Positions 15,694 to 15,799 of a stretch of DNA of 15,799 bases are shown one piece after another (positions within the stretch are counted from its first letter, which is position 1; each line of letters opens with the position of its first letter). The DNA comes from a bacterium (GTDB lineage Bacteria > Babelota > Babeliae > Babelales > RVW-14): the NCBI GenBank assembly GCA_043822925.1, contig JBDRBF010000058.1, positions 1 to 15,799 of the forward strand, read 5' to 3'. Under the pieces are notes generated by a model. It did no database searches. It was not told where the DNA came from and was given only the letters and a program-made list of their open reading frames with translations. Both the position numbers and the translations under genes were made by a program.

Positions 15694-15799
15694 ATGTCAA
15701 AAGAACGTTTTAAAATAACACCGTTTTCTGCAGTAATTTTACGTAAAGATAATAAAATCTTGCTCATGAAGCGTGCCAGCTCAGCTATTAGTGGCGGCT
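15694..15799 (+). CDS. NUDIX hydrolase, 5' part (runs off the window)
   Basis: MSKERFKITPFSAVILRKDNKILLMKRASSAISGG matches typical NUDIX N-terminal strands. AGGT RBS. The NUDIX box itself is outside the window. Confidence 0.65.
   Translation, partial: MSKERFKITPFSAVILRKDNKILLMKRASSAISGG

Overview
AT-rich bacterial window with many small-molecule enzymes carrying N-terminal signal peptides. This pattern suggests a host-associated or intracellular lineage such as Dependentiae/Babeliae (inference only). Left part: a tightly packed five-gene minus-strand biosynthetic operon encoding a SAM-fold protein, a stand-alone amino-acid adenylation enzyme with a PltF/RedM/AnaC-like pocket, a GNAT, a PLP alpha-oxoamine synthase closely resembling the saxitoxin SxtA4 domain, and an SDR. 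No carrier protein is visible, and a divergent methyltransferase flanks it. Middle: a secreted protein with SpvC/OspF-like lyase motifs, a class D beta-lactamase, one REP-like palindrome and a DUF4160/DUF2442 pair. The 770-bp gap at 9364-10132 holds a promoter followed by two tandem leader-peptide transcription attenuators (Phe/Leu-rich, then Leu-rich). They precede a divergent, signal-peptide-bearing isocyanide-synthase (PvcA/IsnA/Dit1) homolog and brnQ. Right part: hypothetical proteins, an alpha/beta hydrolase with a nonsense codon in its signal peptide, a CPT-like kinase and the start of a NUDIX gene. All family assignments come from recalled motifs, not database searches.
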